64,000 nt of DNA from Oculina patagonica (taxonomy: Eukaryota), in NCBI RefSeq assembly GCF_052425735.1, contig NC_135761.1, positions 11,470,001 to 11,534,000 on the forward strand. Reading direction: 5' to 3'. Position numbers and translations under genes: made by a program. The notes under the pieces are model-generated. The model saw only the letters and a list, made by a program, of their open reading frames with translations, searched no databases and had not been told where the DNA came from. The first letter of the stretch is position 1; the number at the start of each line of letters is the position of its first letter. Positions 49,912-64,000 of the stretch are shown here, piece after piece.

Positions 49912-51724
49912 TTGACTGACAGCTTGTATTTCACTGCAAACTGTTGTAAACACAAATGTGTTAATATATTTCAGCAACACCGGTTGTCGATGTATTTGTA
50001 AGCTTACCTAGCTAGTAAAAATTTTGGACAAGTCTCTGCTTTTAAGATGAAAATGACCACTGCCCCCTGCCTGTCCACATATGTAATGTGGGAAATTTTA
50101 AATGTTACAACCTTTTAGCAGGTCAAAACAAAAGTATATATGAAATACCACCAACAGCGGTCATATTTCAATTCGCCAGAATGAGTCAGCAGAGTTCTGT
50201 ATGTTTTGCATATATTATTATTAGCTAAAACTGATATGAGATTTAATTTTAGATAATTTTGCAAGCATCCTTTCAAAACAAACCTTCGTTTATTATACAA
50301 ATTCTCATTTCTCTTCAATTCTAGTTTATTTAACAGTATAAATTTAAAATCGAGAGACGTAAATGTAATGTATATTGTGGAGTGTGAGTGCTTCACCCTG
50401 CTTTGCCACGAGAGAAACATATCGATCAAATAATTGATTACCGCTCTTTCAGCTTAGAGAATATTTTAAAATCTTTAAACGTAAGAGCCTAAACTGTTAA
50501 GTGATGATCGACAATGCACCTTATAAAACGTGAGCTAGCCTAGCTATATATGCAGAGAAGGCAGCTTGTAAATACATGTAAGCTTACAAAAGCTGACATG
50601 TTCGTATAAAAGTTCAGAGATGTAGTCTGACTGAGAATTATAAGCAACAAATAACGGATAGATCACTCGGTTACGTTTATAAATATTATCTGGCGATGTT
50701 GTTTATCCTTTCAGGTGATAAAGTGAGTGACCTAAATATTTATTGCTCCGAAATCTCATTCGGAACACCCCATTCAAACGAACTTTCATTGATTCGAACT
50801 TTTATAAGCTTATTACATACAGCTGCAAGCTAGCTGCACATATTACGGCTACACAAATCGTATTTAAACCCGCTATTACGTAAGAAAATCTCGTCTTTCT
50901 AGATCTACCCTTCAACTTCCTACCTCGCTGTCACAGTCTGCAAGCTTCGACGGCCACAAGTGTAAAAGGATCTCTCCGACCGGCGCCGACACTTTTGTAA
51001 CGCAAGAATTCTTCGCATATTCTATTCTATTGTTTGCCAGCTCTTCACGTGTACGGGTTTTTACTGGCTTCCCAGGAGGCTGAACACAACTTGGTTGACA
51101 AAAGTTATTCTTCTTTTTTTAAAACAAATGCCTTTCCACAGAGACAAAATAAAATGCTTTTCCACAAGGCGCGCAGCTACTTCACAAATTCACTCTTCTC
51201 GAAGAAAATCGACCGAAGTTCGCGTGCGCGCGTATTTTGCAATCTCGATCCCAGACTCTGTGTGTACGATGTCTGATACTTGCCAAAATAAATCACGTTT
51301 TTTCCGAACATTAACATAGTTCATTGTTTTCCTAATCACAAATCGGCATAGATAATTACGTATTCTAACGGCCGTTTAAACTGTCCTTGATGGGCTATAG
51401 GAAAGTCTAAAAAGTTTATAAACCTCTGAAGATTTCGGGGTCTGTTCAGACTGGTAGTAAACAGGTTGTAAAAAAACCCTAGGTCGTAAATTGCCTTTAC
51501 GGTTTGTCGGATTTTAATACGCCTACTTCTACGGTCCACTGAAGCCATTGTTTACTGAATTTGATTGTGATCTGTGCGATGCAGATTATTCTAAGAAGGC
51601 GTAGAGGAAACGTCATTGTGGCCGCGAAATAGATCTTGCAGTCCCTATTTTGCGACTGTTTAAATTGCAGGACCACACCCTGCGAGCAGAGCCTCTTCTA
51701 ACTTCTATGCGGCTGACAACCTGG

Positions 51725-51810
51725 TAGCCGCGAACAGCCGCCCCATTCGCGTCCCGCCGGAGCGAAATCGCGTTCGCTCCGGGGACGGGGAGGGGCTGTA
51801 TTCGAGGCTA
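51725..51810. mobile_element. Academ-like mini-MITE with 9-bp TSD
   Basis: TAGCCGCGAA..TTCGAGGCTA; TSD ACAACCTGG on both sides. Confidence 0.85.
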
Positions 51811-53710
51811 ACAACCTGGAAAGATTGTTAATTTTAAAGCCCAGTAAAATTATCTAGCGAAGAATTGGTCGAAATCGTTGACAAATTAGTTGAGTTCTTT
51901 GTATTTTTGACTGTCATTCATATACATTCATCAGTAGAAACAAATTGAATATTGCGTCACTAAGAACAATGAATTTGTGAGCTAATTAACACCCGTTGGC
52001 GCTTGTAATTTGTGCTTGTCGTAATCTTAATTATTCACGGTTATCTTTGATCTTTTCGACCTATAAGGAATTTTGCTATTTAATTTGATAGGTTGTGAAC
52101 ATTTCGATTGGTTCAGTTTCAGATGATCATCATTAAAATCTTATCAGCTTATTATGTAGAACTCCACTTATCAGTGGGCTGTCTGAAATACTTTATTTCC
52201 CCCCTCGATTCAACCATACCCTACGTAGACGCTTTTTGGGTTCAAATGATAGCGTAGGAGGCTACAGCAACGGATAATGAATGATGTACAATAACGGACC
52301 GTGACTAAAAGATGACCTGATTGACTTCAGTGAATAAATGGTAGTAAATAAATTAACTATTCAGTGAGGTGGTATAAAAATCCCATTTAACGGATCAAGC
52401 AAAAACGACGTTCTATTTGGAATAATGAAATTTTAAGACAAGTTTTGGAAGAAAGAAATTTCAGAGAACGAATTAAGGAATGAATTTATATTTCATTATT
52501 TCTGTAAACCGCCTTATCTTAAACCTATAAAACTGGGGCACAAACCGCAAATAATTACTTTGTCCACACTGATTTCTTTCATATCTTGTATCTGTATGGT
52601 CGGCTTAGGTAATTTCAGTCCTCCTGCCTGCTTGCAATTCTCTGACCGGACACCAACTACCTTCTCTTGTTTCAGTGCAAACTTCCGGGGGAGGCACTCC
52701 CCGAAAAATTGCGGGATGAGGGTGTGCACTTGCTGCTCTCTTTTAAAAAACCTACATCCTACTTCAGACCAGAATATGCACTGATTTTCCCTACCTTGTT
52801 TCAGAGCTGATCCCAAAAATCGACACCGTATTTCAGACAAAAAACCTTTTTAAGATAATATCTAATTGCTGATCGGAGAGCATAAACCATACCCTATTTC
52901 AGACGAAAACAGCTCAAAAACCACAACCATCCCGCTGCAAATAGCTATAGAGCTTATATTAGGAGGGAATACCCCTTCCACCCCCTTCCTCCCCAGTGCC
53001 GCTGCGCTAATTCTCACTTATTTATCTAGGGCTCAGACGAGTGGGCGGGGTAGCTAGCACAACGGCCTCGGATTTAACTTGTTTTTCATTTCTCGACCCT
53101 GCGAAGCAAAATACGATTGGATATTAAAAAGGCACCCATCAATAAAGCTGTCAAATACATAATGATGTTCCTTAGACGCTTATTGCGACATCGGTGACAA
53201 AAAAAAAACTGAGAGGAAAAAATTGTGTTGAGTCATCCTGCAGAGCTGAATCAGTATGTTTTACTGTGAAGTACGATCAGTCAATACTATATTCAAGAAA
53301 CATCGAAGACGAAACAAAAAGAGGGCGATCACCCAGGTGTGGGAGGTGGAGGAGGGGATCCGAAATTCCCAAAGAGCCCGAAGACGCTTATAGAACAAAT
53401 AAGTGTAGCGTCAGTTTAGCTTTGAAAACATTATAAAACATAGCAATAAAATATAAAGCTCTTTAAAGTTATGCTCACAAGGCTTGCACTCTGTTCGTCC
53501 GCAGTTTCCGTATTTTCTCGACATATAGCTCTTGGTCTTCCGCCTGATCTTTATCGAAACATGGTTTGCAAGAATAGAAACTGAATTGACTTCACTTTCC
53601 AGCCTCAGCTATAATTAAACAAGGTGTATTCTTAGAGAGTTGCAGATTTTGGCAGTACGGCGGGAACGGATGGACTCTTTATTGAGATGATCGGTATAAG
53701 CGGCTTGAGG

Positions 53711-54437
53711 CACAGGCTCCCAAGCTCAAAAGTCGTTTTGATGTGAAGAGCCCCAGGCGGCGACCTAAACGTGGTGTATGCGACAGGGAAGAGAAATGTA
53801 GGGAAATCACGGATCTCAAAATCGGATTGAAAAGACCACCAAATGTGCGCTTGTGTCTGCGAATGAAGCACGAGGGAAGGAAGTCGTGTCCCCCAGAGGA
53901 GGGACCACCACGATCGCTGCAGAGCCACCACAACGCCCCCCAAGGAAAGTCGAACGACACGGCTACACGGGGGGCCGGAGAGAGTCGCCTCGAGAGGGAC
54001 GACGGCGAGCGGACCCAAGGGAGGAAGCTGCGCATAAGATGAAAGTGGGAAGCGGATGGCACCCCACGGAGAAAAGAAGAATCGCGAGGAAAGACAAGTG
54101 GATGCGATCACCGCGGCAAACACATTGTATGATTGCGGCCAGGGCAGCAGGGAAGTGTGTGTGTAGCGCGGACTGGATGGACATAGAGTTGGGAGAAAAG
54201 AATTGTGTGAGCGACCGTGGGAGGGAAGAAGGAAGCGGGAGAGGGGAGGGGGATGGATGATGTGGGATGGACTGAGGGAGAGGAGTGGGGAGGGGAGAGA
54301 GGGAGAGGGAGAGAGAAGGGTGGAAGCGGGGGGGGAAAAAGAGACCGAGAGAATCCGTGACCCACACCAACACAAGCGGAACACACGAGAGGGCCGAGGG
54401 CCAAACACAAAAAGACGATTTGAGCTTGGGAAGCCTG
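53711..54437. mobile_element. TIR element (hAT-like 8-bp flanks) with GA-rich anomalous interior
   Basis: CAGGCTCCCAAGCTCAAAAGTCGTTTTGATGTG versus CACAAAAAGACGATTTGAGCTTGGGAAGCCTG; GCTTGAGG at 53703-53710 and 54438-54445. Confidence 0.7.
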
Positions 54438-55486
54438 GCTTGAGGTGTCTCAGGGATACCTTTAATCACTCAGTCGAACGTGCATGAAGCTTCAGAAGCT
54501 TGTTTATTGAATTGTCTACAGAAACAGTTGCAAGCAATATCGATATCCGTCAGATGAGTGAAAACATTTTGCTGTGTTGATACGTTTAAGTTTAATTTAT
54601 TGTGAATTAAAAGATCGTTGAACTATTTGCTTTTATATTTTGACATGAAATACTCGCATGTGTTTCGAGTTCTTTCTTTTCAGAGCGCCCGCGAGCAGCC
54701 GTTCCGCTCACGCAACGTGAAATGTTTCGTGCGGCGTTATTTCAATTGTTTCTCACGCACGTCAGGATTTCATTTTACAGGCATAAAAAAGAAAACCATG
54801 CTTTTCGATTTACTGCATATTATTTATACATCAAACGACACTAAAAGCCTCTTCGTCGACCGTTCAGTAGTTACAAATGTGACAAACGATTTATACAGTT
54901 CCAATATGGCCTACCCTACTCTCATTGACGTAATGCATGGGAAATTTTTAGAACAAGTTGTAAATAACTAACCTTACTTCGCTTGTCTTTCAAAACACCT
55001 TGCCCCTGAGTAAACCGAAAATGCAGTTGACGAGAGAAGTCGATGTGTGACGAATGTTTGGAATTTGCCGAGTCATTGCCTGTTTTCAAGCCGTAAAAGG
55101 CCAAATATCGTATTTTCACTGCATTGTAATTCAGACAAAAGGCAAATAACGGTTCGCGGCTGACTGCTCAGACGTGATTTATTTTCATTAGCGACGGCCT
55201 AATCCTTCGGAACTACGCATCGATAGGACGCCATTAAGTGTCCAAACACTTCAACTTCTTTAAAGTTCTTTGACGTCAAAGAAGTTCTTTGATGGCTTTA
55301 ATTTACGTGACCGTGAAATACTAAGACCCGGTTCGTTTAGTTTAAAACCAAAAAGGAAAAAATGCATTTTCTTTTGCAGAGATACAGTTTTTTTTTGTTT
55401 CTGTAACGGCAGTTCGTCAAAGAGTGATATTGCACGATCTTTAATTATGTAATTGTTAAAGTGTGCTATAATACTAACAACAGAAT

Positions 55487-55936
55487 GGGCGTGTTTAAAA
55501 CAGAAGGCGAAATGCGAAATGACGAAATGGCGAAATGATACTGAAGATAAAAGCCAAAGTTACAATATTACCGTTTTACTGGAATCCAATTGCTTATCTT
55601 AGATGACTCCGAAAAAAGAACGCACACAATTCTCCGTCACGAACTACTATGGTCACGAGTCCCCGACATGTTTGATAGTGTCTCTGTTACGGCGCGTGAA
55701 CGCCAGGACATGATCGAAATGTCGGCGCGTCCACGGAAATTTTCTCTACCCCGAGCGCGGTGGCCAACAACGAAGACACGAACCTCCGCGAAGAAAGGCA
55801 CTGGGACGTATCGAAGGAGTGGTGAACTGAGCCTGTACACTGCTATGTCCCCAACCCCGGAACAACTATATGGTTTCTTCTCCCTCGTCCTTCGTCTCGC
55901 CGTTCGCCTTCGCCATTTCGTGTTTTAAACACGCCC
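55487..55936. mobile_element. Mutator-like MITE
   Basis: TIR GGGCGTGTTTAAAACA / TGTTTTAAACACGCCC; 9-bp TSD CAACAGAAT. Confidence 0.9.
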
Positions 55937-57819
55937 CAACAGAATTAATCAGGGTTTTTTTTGTGTCAATATCGTTTCAGCAAGTTTTATCACCTTGGGC
56001 TATCTTGCATATAACGCCATTTCCCGTGAAACGTAGCTTTTGTTATTAATATACATGAACCTGAAACTGAGTGGTTTAATTTAATAGAATGACAAAAAAT
56101 TGATGCTTCAATGCTTCTGAACAGTAAATATTGCTATGTGCTCTTGCGTTTTACAACATTCCAATGTGTTTTCCTAGAAAAAGCACATTTTTAAGAGAAG
56201 AGATGGGTGGGTGCTGCGCAGTATTTTGGGTGGCGGAAAAACCCTACCCCTACTGATAAGGAAATGTGTATCCCATTTTCAATCTCGTTCCCAGGTTCTT
56301 CATTTCCCCTCAGTCCGAAATTTGTCCAAGTGACAAGTGACCAGACCCAACCAGCAAGAAGAACGCGAAAAGCCCTGGGGATGAAATATATCCTTTATGT
56401 GGACCTGAAGAGGTCCATGTGGTGGGGGATGAAATATATCCTTTATCGCGCGTTAGCAAGCCCAGTGTTCAAATTTTATGATTCCTTTATTTTTTTAGAG
56501 AAATGGACTTGTGGTAAACGAACATTTTGCAAGTTTTTTCACTATTTTTTACTGATTGGTAGATGGGAATTTTGACTAACGCACAATATTGGATGTAGCT
56601 CATTAATATTAAGATATACCATAAGTTATTTTTATTATTGGCAAACGGATAGGGTATATAACAACAGATAGCAGGAAAAAAGCAATTACTTGGCACAGAG
56701 GAAGTTGTCAATTTCCTTCATGAGAACCAGCCTAGAACTGCTGTTTCAAACGGAGTTTTGCAGAAGAAGCATTTAGTCACCTTAATTCTATATATAGTGT
56801 ATCAGTTATAACAATAAGTTACAATTAACATAAAAAATTCAGGTTCCCTCAGTTTTCCTAGCTACCTGTCAGAGTTTTAGGGTTTAGCCGATATGTTAAA
56901 ATTTTAGCACGGTGCGTGGAACATCATCGACATATCTTCTTATTCGATCTATAGAAATATTGAAGACCCATAGAGACCCATAGTGTACAATGGTGTATTC
57001 TGTTAAAGCCTTTGTCTTTCCAAACTAGCTACCTTACTAAGGCTGTCGGGTAGAATATCAACAAAAAAAAATTAATTACTTTTTTTCTAGCCACGCCTTT
57101 GCGACAATTCATACAATTCCACCTGTTGATTCACATTCAAGAGCGTGTATTTACCGGAACCTACAAATATATTTGCTTCTAACAAAACGGTTTTTTTAAT
57201 CAAGGTGATTGACATTAAACCTTAGGTTTACATTACGTAGTCTGTGCCAGAAACTCGCAATTTGTTCTCTTGTTTTGGCCGTAAAAGTTGCATTAGCTGC
57301 AAAAATGCAGGCGAATTTATCTCGACTCGAAAGTTGATTATCAACTGGAAGATGATCAGGTAAATAAAGGTAAATGCAATAAACCGCCGTGTCTTTCAAA
57401 CAAGTGTTCATTTGCCCGCCGACACAGCACAACTGTTCCTTTAGAATTTCATCGATACGACCATCGTTTGATGGCATACAAAGGGATTTGATAGCTTACA
57501 ATTTTATTCGAATTGTTTGGGGCCCTAAGACAAAACGAAACTCGCAGAACATAATTTGATTAAAAAAAAGAATGCAACTTTTCACATAATACCTAGCGCT
57601 GAGTGCTAGTAATAAATCCTTCCTTTTGACAGTGGGCAGTATAGCATCCCTCGTTTCACGCTTCACAGCCAAGTAATAACCTCAATGTTCTTTTGCATTA
57701 TTGTTATCGGAAAATCCGGTCATGTAAAAAGGGAGTAAAGTTTCTTCTCAACTCATTAATAATTCGTCAAGTTAAAACAAAGAAAATCATAACCGTGAAG
57801 GAGGTTTGGATACCCGGCT

Positions 57820-58035
57820 TTAATAAGCATAGATATTTACGATTTTATTTTTCCGTTTACTCCGTAGTTTTTGTTTCGATTGAGAAATTATCAAACACTC
57901 GAGACAGTGTTACATCGGCTATCCAAACACCTCAAATTTCGTCAAAAATACTCCGCTGCGTGTCGTATTTTCAACTTTCTTCTCGATGTTTGGATATTCC
58001 GATGAAACACTGTCTTTCGTGTTTGATATACTTTT
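57820..58035 (-). repeat. Interspersed repeat, inverted homolog of ~17490-17600
   Basis: ttggatattccgatgaaacactg is the reverse complement of cagtgtttcatcgggatatccaa. Confidence 0.6.
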
Positions 58036-61000
58036 AGAACACGGGTGGTCCTCGAATTCACCTTCTATGAAACTAGTTTTTTTTTTTTATATTTCTGTCA
58101 CTAGCTCTAACTAAGATCCGTTCTCTGGGACCATCCCCTCCCAGCTCACTGACAACAGTGTCTTACTGCCTTGGGTGTAATTTAACAACACAAACATCGG
58201 TATCTTACTAAGAAGCATTTCAAGTCACCACAGCACACGAGACTGGTATTGGTAGAAATTATTTGGAAAAACATTTTTTCTAAGATTTAATTATAAACTG
58301 AAACTTCACCAAGTTAACGGAGATGCTGAATACATAATTAATTATTTAGCAGGTGCCTCATAAATAAGATATATTAAACCTAGGTTATCCCACTCTGGTT
58401 TGGGCGTGAAAGTTTTGGATATAACAAAAAAAGGCTTACAAACTTCTATCACAGTAGCTGTTACTATCAAGGGCCATTGTTATTTAAGTATTAAGTGATA
58501 TCCCGAGAATTTTCACTGTGTATCCTTTCAAGAATCATTTGTGCATGATTATATCCAAATTTCATTTAATGCTGACTGGTGGCCATATTTAACAGTAGAT
58601 TACTCTTAATATCACTAAAACAAAAGAGTGATTTGGAGCACGTCATATGTGTTCTACAATATGGGCGCGCCTTTCGAAACTCGCACCTAACGGCAACTTT
58701 TTTTCTCAAATACATTTGCGCTTAGCCTAAAAAAACATACTACGTATAATTTTAAAAGACTGGAGCAAAACCCACAATAGTAAGAAGGCAGTCAGTAGTT
58801 CACACATAACCGAATTTACCAGTTGGTTTCTCTTGTGAACTTGGAAGATAATGTATGCGTTAATGATTTCAGCGAAGAAAATTGTAAACTACGGGAGGCG
58901 CGGAGAAAGTTCATTCTATCCTAGTCCATCGCGGTGCACGCTTGAAAATTTGTGAAATTACTTATAATCTAACGGTCTTGGAAATATCACACACGCGTGT
59001 ATATCGCACATTGATATGCTGCTATAGTATAATTACTCTTACCTTAATCCTGTGTGGGTGCAATATTGGTATATTAAATCTCTCTTGGCTGTCAGTTCTT
59101 TACTGGCCGGTTCGCGCAACCTTCAGTGCTGGTCCCAGATCAGCTTAAACCGCTAGACGCTAACGGGCTACATTTTAAGGGTTTATTATAGGCGGCGAGC
59201 CAACATTTAACAAGCCTCAGTACTGCCAAGCCACATATGTTGTTCTAAAACTGTCGACTCCAGCAGGTGGCAAGAGCTGGTACCCAGTGCCCACGTGCCC
59301 TTTCCAGCGGTTATACGTGAAGTGTTTTTACTCTCTGCTTGCCCTGTGTCGGACACTTACATGCCTCAAGATTTTGTCTTTTTATTCTTTTGTCAGCACA
59401 TATATGAGTATTTTTTTAGGTTCATCCTCCGATTTATTTAATAACAATTCCTTATGGTCAGCTACTGTTTTGAGACAGCTGGGCCTAAAGAACAATGTCG
59501 AAGGGTTACTGACTCAATCGGCTTTACACCTGAAATTTAGAAACGCCCAAAAATATTCGGAAAATAACTAGACTTAGCTGTTTTTGGATAATCTATCGCG
59601 AGAAAACAAAGAATTCTGCCAACGATTTCAGCCCAGCTGATATTGGGGTGTGGCTAGCGCTTTTTAAATATATTAATATTTTAATTATTTTTTCTGTGCA
59701 GATGACATTTTCGAGACATTTACTCAAGTGCCTGGTAATACAAAATAACACGTTTTGAATTTGTTAGCGAGCCATTCAGTTCACCTGAAGAATAAAACAA
59801 ATACAGCTTGCAAGCTGAGTATTTTCGCGCACGATCAACATCTCTTACACTTCCAAGTTGGCCAGTGACTTCGTCTTGAATTGAACTGGTAAAAACCATG
59901 AACACAGTCTCAGACTGACATTTCGCAAAATGTATGAGAATCGTGTCAGGAGAATTGATATTTCGACAGTGACTACGTTCGAAAAATACGAAAATTTAAG
60001 CCAGGATTTATAATACATTTTGAGAAAAAAAGCGCTTCGATCTTCATCGGTTTGTTATAACGAAAATTGTAACGATTTAAATGTTGAGAACGTAGCCGGG
60101 ATGCGTGTTAGAGGGAAAACAGCAAACAAATAAGTTAGTGTAAATGTTGAGAATGCTCTGTGGTCATTCACTCCGTTGGGATATTTTTGGGAAGTACCAC
60201 GCTTTCAGAAAAAAAAACTTCTTTGAGAACGTGAATTTCAGCCTCCTCACTGGTCGCTCTCAAGCGAGAAAGACAAAAGTCTCTTTCGTGAGTTAAAAAC
60301 TATAAAAAGACTACAAGGCGACCAGAGAAGACGGCCAAATATCTTGCAAATACACAAACGCTACAAAACGCTCTAAAAGCCTTCAATAGTTATACAATAG
60401 CTTTTCCAAAGAAAAGGAGAGATGGGTTTCGATCGAATTTTAAATCCGTGCTGGGGACTGGTACCAAGAGAGAGAAACTGTTGGTCCCAGATCTCCCGCG
60501 TCAAAATATTCAATATGGCGGCGTTGAGCGCAAAATAGCCAAGTCAGTCAGGTAAGTTTTTATTAATACATTAGACCTCCTTGGGTGCTTCCTGGAAAAT
60601 TTTTCGTATAGCCCCAAACTTAATTATGCCGTACAAATTCTTCAACGACTTCAACTTTATTTATTTTATATACATGTAAGCTTACAATACAAATTTCCAA
60701 ATGTTTGCCACCCCAAGCCCAGAGTTTTGGCAAAAGAACTACAAACTTCTGCAAAGTTGTATGCATGATATAAATTAAGTATGAAGGAATATACGGAAAT
60801 CTTGCCGCCCTCTGTAGGTGTGTTTGTTTCAGCTGCACTTGCACAGAATAGCCAGCTAAATATTTGACCTTTGGATAGCTTATGAGCCATGAGGTCCATG
60901 AAAGGTCATGAAATGAAATTTGCGAGGTAAACTTCATTTCCATTAAACTTCAGCTACAGAAATTAGGGTTCGTCTAAGGTTCGTCGCGATAGAACTCAGT

Positions 61001-61678
61001 TTATGAGCTAATGAAAAAAATTTACACTTATATAATGACAAGGAGATATAAATTCAATCGATTTCAAATCGATTCAAAGCGATTGATCAATAAGTTTATA
61101 TTGAGAATAATGTGCTCCAATTCTCCAACAATCGTGTATTATTGCTTTTCTGAAAACTACTTTAACCGGCCACATAACACGATTTACCAATTTATTTTTA
61201 ATATATCATTATATCATACGCTAGGCGTGACGTAGAACATGGTTTTTAAAATCTCACAAAGATGAAATATGGAAAACATCCCAAACAAAAACTACCGTGA
61301 CATTTGGCACGCTTTGCAGACCCGGAACCATGTCACGCGTGACCGTGTCATCACGTTTTATCAATGTATTCTCCGAGAACTCATCTGCGTCGTTTGGCAA
61401 CTTACATGTAAACTGGTTCGTATTCTTGCATTTTTGTATTTTTTTTTACGGAAATCAATTCGTAAACAGTAAATAACGTTACCTGAATCTTTTCCCGCCA
61501 AAAGTTCGAGCGAGAGCCCAGATTTCGCGCGTTGCTCGTTCGGGAGACTGGGGTATGAAGCGTTGTGTTTACATCCTGTCTGTTTTCAATAATATTTTTG
61601 ACACGTTGACTTCCATGTAGCAATTATCTAGAATTCAAGAGTTTCTTTCAGCCAAGTGTGTCTCTAGATTGTCAAGGT

Positions 61679-64000
61679 ATGCTCCCAGTAATCGAGGAGG
61701 AAGTGAAACGTTTTTATAGCGAGTTAAACATAGAACAACCCATCGTTCGCAATCCATTCATTCATCGAGAGGAAATCACAAGTCGGAAGAAGAAATTTGA
61801 GGTGCGTACTATTAAGACGGGCCGTTAGATTGACTCTTTTTTTGTATGCTTGCTAACTCATAATTTGCGGGGTATTCTGCAGTTTAGCCCGATTTTATCT
61901 ACAGACCTGGAATATAGGCGTTTGTATTTTTCAGTGTACAAAATCGTAAAACGAATGGTTCGTTCGCACATGCCCTGACGCTTCCCCCCCGAAGCGAAAC
62001 CTCATTCGTTTCGTAGGGGTTTATAGTTCAAAGTAATTTGTTTGTCGTTATAGCGATCATATGTTATCGATGTTGTTAGTTTTTCTAGATTCATTTGTTC
62101 ATTTGAACCATGGATTATTGCAAATAATATTCGTTTTCTATGCGTATATCTTATAAAAATTATCGCTTTCTGAAGTTAACCTGTATGTTATCAATCTACA
62201 CCCCCACAAGCAACTTCTACAATTTTATTAATGTTTAACAATTTTAACACGTAAATTACAAAGTTCACAGCTGTTTATATGCAATCGAGGATCTAGGTAA
62301 ACGATTTCGTTTTTGTTGAGACAATTCAAGGCATTGTGTATCAAAAAGGCTCAGGTGAAAACCCCGGTTCAGTTTCTAGACATTTTGGGGTTGCAGATCT
62401 ACAAAACAATATTCCAGGACATTATTATTTAATGATACACATAATACAATACCTGCTAAGTAAACGAATCTTAATGGGTTTATCCATAAAGTCAATGCAG
62501 ATTTTTTAATGTACATCTTTTTTGTGTAGATATTTCCATTTCCATTTTGCACAATCTTTTCCGAAATTTAGAATAAATCTTAATTAACTGTGCAAAACGT
62601 TCTTTCAATATTTTTAATGACTGAAAAAATAATTATGCGGTTGTAAATATAGGGATTTATGATATAAATGGACTGTTTGCATTTTCTAGCATGATGTGAC
62701 TTTGGGAGTCCCCTCTTTGACTCTCCCCTTTTATCCTAAATCTGCCAAAAATATTTATTTGCAGTCAGCAACAACCCTGTATAAAAATTAATGGTTTTAT
62801 TTTAACCCAAGGGACCAGTTGTTCAAAGGGTGGATTAGGATTATGCTATCCACTGAATAAATTGCTATGCAGTGGATAAAGGGTGGTTCTCATATGATCG
62901 GCCCCGTTCATTTCTAACACATCGATCATTTTGCAAATACTGAGACGATCAAAGTGATTGGAAGCGACCAGGGGTTCTCATATGATTGTTCCGGATGGCA
63001 TGGTATGAGCATGTGAACCTACGAAAAACAATCATTTTAGCCCTTGATCCAATTTGCAACACAATGACAGCCTTCAATGAAAGATCAAAACTTTTTGAAG
63101 TGACAGCTAATGCAATAGAAACGATCGGAGCGATTATATAAGAACCAGCCTTAAGTGTTAACAAAACTTAATATACTACCCAACAGATTAGTGATTTATA
63201 TTCCATCCTTTGAACAGCTGGTGCCAGTTGTTTAAAAGGACAGAGAAAACTTCAATTCCTTTTATAAGTCTTCTGAGTTCCTTGAGAAGGATCTTATCTC
63301 TCTAGAATGGGATGCTTGTCCATCACAACATTTTGTTAGTTACCAGTAAATTTTGTACCCCTAGCCAGCCAGGCTGAATCAACTTTCAAGATATTACTAT
63401 ATTCAATATTCAATATTACAAGAAAAAGTAAAGTGCCTTGCTTACAAACATAATTAGACCCTTAGCAGCATGATCGGACACGACAAATCTAGTCTTATCA
63501 TTATGTCATCATTTGATTACCTTATATAATTACCAAAACAAAATTCTTGAACAGCCAAAACAGTGAAGAAAAAATGCAATGCAAGCCAAGCCACCATAAA
63601 AAAAAAACATGAAACAAGCCAAAAATAAGGAATTCTTGTACATCCTTATTTGATGAAAAATTTTTTGCTAAGACTGAAAAATTGCCCAATCACCCCTCAG
63701 AAGTATAATGTTCTTCCTTTTTTTGCTAACTATTAGTTTTAATCAGTTTTAGCTAGCCTTGTATATTTTTTTTTAAAGCAAGCTAGTGCATGCTTTATTT
63801 TTTTCTAATCAGATGGTACAGCTTATTTCAAATGGTTACCCTAACTTATAAAAGGAAGTTTAATTTGACATCAAAATCTTTAGATCCTCAATAATCAATA
63901 GACATATTTGATTTTGACAGATTTGTGTGGGCTTCATATTTCTTCTTCCAATTCGTCTATTAGCGACTATTTTGCTGTTTCTATTTGCTGGGATATGGTG
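61679..64000 (+). CDS. Lysophosphatidylcholine acyltransferase (LPCAT1/2-like), N-terminal part; gene continues beyond the window
   Basis: Exon 61679-61801 (MLPVIEEEVKRFYSELNIEQPIVRNPFIHREEITSRKKKFE) splices in phase 0 to 63921+ (ICVGFIFLLPIRLLATILLFLFAGIW). The NPF followed by a transmembrane LLPIR pattern matches LPCAT N-termini. Not present in the ORF track. Confidence 0.75.
62812..63226. mobile_element. Nested MITEs in the LPCAT intron
   Basis: Outer CCAGTTGTTCAAAGGGTGGA..TCCATCCTTTGAACAGCTGG; inner AAGGGTGGTTCTCATATGATCG..CGATTATATAAGAACCAGCCTT (62879-63152). Confidence 0.6.

Noticed and set aside
53632-54487. Overlapping ORFs of 94-258 aa on both strands
   Set aside because: Low-complexity products of a T-poor tract inside a TIR element; no domain motifs.
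59260-59272. CTCF-like motif CCAGCAGGTGGCA
   Set aside because: A single match is expected by chance, and CTCF is reported absent from cnidarians, the inferred source.

Overview
Eukaryotic, AT-rich, intron-rich DNA. The SINE/MITE repertoire and gene style suggest an anthozoan, probably a stony coral (inference). I reconstructed four complete spliced genes by hand from GT-AG junctions with consistent phases: a BTBD8-like tandem-BTB gene (+, 7157-21085, 15 exons), a BTB-BACK-6xKelch gene ending in a CaaX box (-, 21880-26763), eIF2-beta/EIF2S2 (+, 28635-42482, 10 exons) and an OSGIN-like FAD oxidoreductase (-, 47304-49911). The first two coding exons of an LPCAT-like acyltransferase (+, from 61679) run off the window. 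EIF2S2 intron 4 carries a full-length, sense-oriented L1-clade LINE with a 16-bp TSD and two visible lesions. Introns and intergenic DNA hold many MITEs (TA, TWA, TTAA, 5-, 8- and 9-bp TSD types) and tRNA-derived SINEs. The most notable items are (i) a palindromic element in a BTBD8 intron with two divergent Penelope-type minimal hammerhead ribozymes, where only the antisense copy is intact, and (ii) the polybasic+CIIC prenylation tail on the Kelch protein. Several GA-rich or homopolymer tracts look like long-read consensus errors.
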